DNA of 10,358 nucleotides from a virus. A program made the position numbers and the translations under genes. The notes beneath the pieces are model-generated. The model made no database searches. It had not been told where the DNA came from and was given only the letters and a program-made list of their open reading frames with translations. The stretch lies in UHGV virus genome UHGV-1708535. One strand, 5' to 3'. Positions 8,735 to 10,358 of the stretch are shown in pieces; the first letter of the stretch is position 1, and every line of letters begins with the position of its first letter.

Positions 8735-8977
8735 TCATGCTCCGGTAGTGAACAGGTCTAACGCTTCCTTCGATTTACGCACTGCTTCGATAGTGCGGGT
8801 CGTGATATCTGAATTAGCGCCGCCTGACTGGAAGTGAATTTTAAATAGCTCAAGCTTCAGCTCGTCAGTGCCAATGAACTGAAATGCTTCTTCTGCGGCT
8901 GCGTTCTGGTTCATGACCAGTTTGTAAATCTCTAACTGGAATTTCTGTTCTTCAGTCATGGGAATAATCTCTGCCAT
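8735..8977 (-). CDS. Hypothetical protein, 80 aa
   Basis: ORF track 8735..8977; GGAG 7 nt upstream of the ATG at 8975-8977; same strand and tight packing with neighbours; predicted helical, no family recognised. Confidence 0.6.
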   Translation of the reverse strand: MAEIIPMTEEQKFQLEIYKLVMNQNAAAEEAFQFIGTDELKLELFKIHFQSGGANSDITTRTIEAVRKSKEALDLFTTGA

Positions 8978-8990
8978 TGTTGGCTCCGTT

Positions 8991-9071
8991 TATCCGTTAA
9001 AAGGGATATCAGTTAAGTTATCCCGTGTAGGGTATAAGCCATTATCAAAGCCACTCTGTAGGGAATGGCTT
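8991..9071. repeat. Cluster of nested inverted repeats in the 103-bp spacer upstream of the 80-aa ORF
   Basis: Plus strand: TATCC (8991-8995) and TATCCC (9019-9024) can each pair with GGGATA (9003-9008); AAGCCATT (9036-9043) and AAGCCA (9046-9051) can each pair with AATGGCTT (9064-9071). These form two sets of mutually exclusive stems, adjacent to the Shine-Dalgarno of the 80-aa ORF. Confidence 0.6.
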
Positions 9072-9080
9072 TTGTAATAA

Positions 9081-9455
9081 CTACTGTTCGCTTAGCTTCT
9101 GCTTCAGCAAGTAACCTTCGAGCATCCAGATTTTGTTTACAGCATTCTGCCGGGCAATCTTCCGACCAATTTCTGCATCAAAGTTTTCCGGGCTCGCACA
9201 GGCACTCTCTCCGGTAACGGTGAAGCCATTCTTCAGTACCAATACGCAGAAAGTGAGAAGGTGCAGAGCATCAGGGGTGGCTTCGACATAAGGCTCCGGA
9301 TTATAAATAAGGTCATCTTCTTTAGCCTGGTGGTCACCCTGCGCAGCAGTGAAAAAATGCTCACTGCAAATGAGGCCTTCAATTTTCTCGGGTGTTACAC
9401 GCGGTGCCGTTTTGCCTTTCTCAACGATTTCTTTTTCGATTTGCTGGTCGTTCAT
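9081..9455 (-). CDS. Hypothetical protein, 124 aa, no family recognised
   Basis: ORF track 9081..9455; AGGGG 9 nt upstream of the ATG at 9453-9455; in-frame TGA 16 codons upstream rules out a longer N-terminus; flanked by non-coding spacers of 289 bp and 103 bp. Confidence 0.65.
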   Translation of the reverse strand: MNDQQIEKEIVEKGKTAPRVTPEKIEGLICSEHFFTAAQGDHQAKEDDLIYNPEPYVEATPDALHLLTFCVLVLKNGFTVTGESACASPENFDAEIGRKIARQNAVNKIWMLEGYLLKQKLSEQ

Positions 9456-9651
9456 AATTATGCCCCTGTGGAGTGGTTGCTTGATTAGGATGTCTTTCCA
9501 TCAGTCCGCCACCACAAAGAATCTTTTTTGCCATAAGGCAGGAGGTTCATCTTTCAGTGGCTGCCAGTGTTATTTCCCCGCTTACTGGCTTGGGTTGTTT
9601 CGCTGTACTGCCGTTAATTGGTTGCCCAGAATAAATTCCGGTTTCATTATC

Positions 9652-9673
9652 AAGCCCACCCGTAGATGGGCTT
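9652..9673. repeat. Stable hairpin (7-bp stem, 8-nt loop) in the 289-bp spacer
   Basis: Plus strand AAGCCCA (9652-9658) pairs with TGGGCTT (9667-9673). On the plus strand it is followed by TGTAAT (weak U-rich tail); on the minus strand by GAUAAUG (no U-tract). Confidence 0.7.
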
Positions 9674-9723
9674 TGTAATGGATAGCCGTTGCTCAGTTCT
9701 CGTAATGCTTTGATTTTTTCGAT

Positions 9724-9739
9724 AACGCAGTTTTGCGTT
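9724..9739. repeat. Hairpin (6-bp stem, 4-nt loop) immediately 3' of the KilA-N gene stop
   Basis: Plus strand AACGCA (9724-9729), loop GTTT, TGCGTT (9734-9739). On the minus-strand RNA it is followed by AUCGAAAAAAUC (A-rich, not a terminator tail). Confidence 0.65.
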
Positions 9740-9744
9740 TGCCA

Positions 9745-10266
9745 TCAGCACGCGATATCGAGAGTCAACTGCAGTTGCTCGCGCCAGTACTCGACATTTG
9801 CTTCAATAACCGGCTTATCCCATCGCCAGCGAGCCATCTCTCTTGCCCCATTGCTGGCTTTTGATTTCCGGTCATCGCGAATGCGACATGCTTGCTCATA
9901 TTTCTGCTGCTCAGTCAGTTCACCGCGAAGCAGACTATCAATGTGCAGGTCGCACCACACAGCAAAACGAGCATCACACCAACGGGCAAATGCAACTGAA
10001 AGTTTTGGATGTAGCCACGTACCACCACCCCTGTCCTTTCGTGCCTTGCTGGTTTTTACATACCTCGATTGTGAGGGATGTAAAATTTGAGATTCTTTCC
10101 CGGTCAACGCTTCGTCTAAAGCACGAACGTATTCAAGCGTTTCTGCCAAACGCATCCAGTTATCAATGCGTTTCCCAAATCTCTCAGCAACACCTGTGAC
10201 GTTGATCCAACCATCAGTGTTGAAACTGACAATTTCACCTTTGTAGTTAAGTGGCACGATATTCAT
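9745..10266 (-). CDS. KilA-N domain-containing protein, 173 aa
   Basis: ORF track 9745..10266; the translation contains the pattern I associate with KilA-N/APSES-type domains (GGGTWLHPKLSVAFARWCDARFAVW preceded by an N-terminal region NYKGEIVSFNTDGWINVTGVAERFGK); AT-rich codon choice relative to the structural genes. Domain assignment is from memory. Confidence 0.65.
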   Translation of the reverse strand: MNIVPLNYKGEIVSFNTDGWINVTGVAERFGKRIDNWMRLAETLEYVRALDEALTGKESQILHPSQSRYVKTSKARKDRGGGTWLHPKLSVAFARWCDARFAVWCDLHIDSLLRGELTEQQKYEQACRIRDDRKSKASNGAREMARWRWDKPVIEANVEYWREQLQLTLDIAC

Positions 10267-10358
10267 AACGTTTACCTACCATTTGAAATGAACCTTTGCC
10301 GCACAGGAAACCAGCCCACCGAGGCTCGCCAGCACTAACTGGTATCCTCAAAGGCCCA

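Larger units (their letters stand above)
1..10358 (-). mobile_element. P22-like phage/prophage late-operon segment (packaging and head morphogenesis module); extends beyond both window edges
   Basis: Colinear minus-strand order TerS-TerL-portal-scaffold-coat-gp4-gp10-gp26, the canonical P22 order 3-2-1-8-5-4-10-26; tight spacing and overlapping start/stop codons; protein sizes match P22/Sf6 counterparts. From memory, no search run. Confidence 0.85.

Noticed and set aside
9349-9678. 109-aa plus-strand ORF spanning the start of the 124-aa gene and the 289-bp spacer
   Set aside because: It starts antisense inside the 124-aa gene, has an implausible composition and no SD; only the short GTG frame within the spacer is kept as a speculative finding.
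9652-9739. Hairpins at 9652-9673 and 9724-9739 as Rho-independent terminators of the late (minus-strand) transcript
   Set aside because: On the minus-strand RNA neither is followed by a U-tract (GAUAAUG and AUCGAAAAAAUC), so they are not classical terminators for the late operon; function left open.
9456-9744. Minus-strand small ATG ORFs in the spacer (21 codons from the ATG at 9645-9647; a 37-codon frame starting ATGGCAAAAAAG)
   Set aside because: No usable Shine-Dalgarno (one is preceded by CCTCCT), and the second runs out of frame into the 124-aa gene.
10267-10358. Lipoprotein-like hydrophobic stretch (LVLASLGGLVSC) in one minus-strand frame, considered as an Rz1-type o-spanin
   Set aside because: The frame is only about 20 codons between stops, and the hydrophobic segment is at the C-terminal end rather than being an N-terminal signal peptide.
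1-10358. tRNA, rRNA, CRISPR array, integrase/transposase or attachment-site repeats
   Set aside because: No cloverleaf-like structures, no regularly spaced direct repeats, and no ORF with recombinase features were found by eye.

Overview
This window looks like the late (head morphogenesis and DNA packaging) operon of a P22-like podovirus or prophage, with every supported gene on the minus strand. Reading in the direction of transcription (high to low coordinates): KilA-N domain protein, a 289-bp non-coding spacer, a 124-aa unknown protein, a 103-bp structured spacer, an 80-aa ORF, a 59-codon GTG-initiated ORF missing from the supplied track, terminase small subunit, terminase large subunit, portal, scaffolding protein, coat protein, an intrinsic terminator, a small 62-aa ORF, gp4-like and gp10-like head completion proteins, and the first 47 codons of a gp26-like tail needle gene. 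Identifications rest on gene order, sizes, motifs read from the translations, and my memory of P22/Sf6 protein sequences; no database search was run. The structural block (1-8536) is ordinary. The accessory segment upstream of the terminase (8554-10266) is the only place I would look for something undescribed, but I found no recognisable system there, only unknown small proteins and structured spacers. The long plus-strand ORFs in the track are antisense to these genes and are treated as spurious. I saw no tRNA, rRNA, CRISPR array, integrase or transposase.
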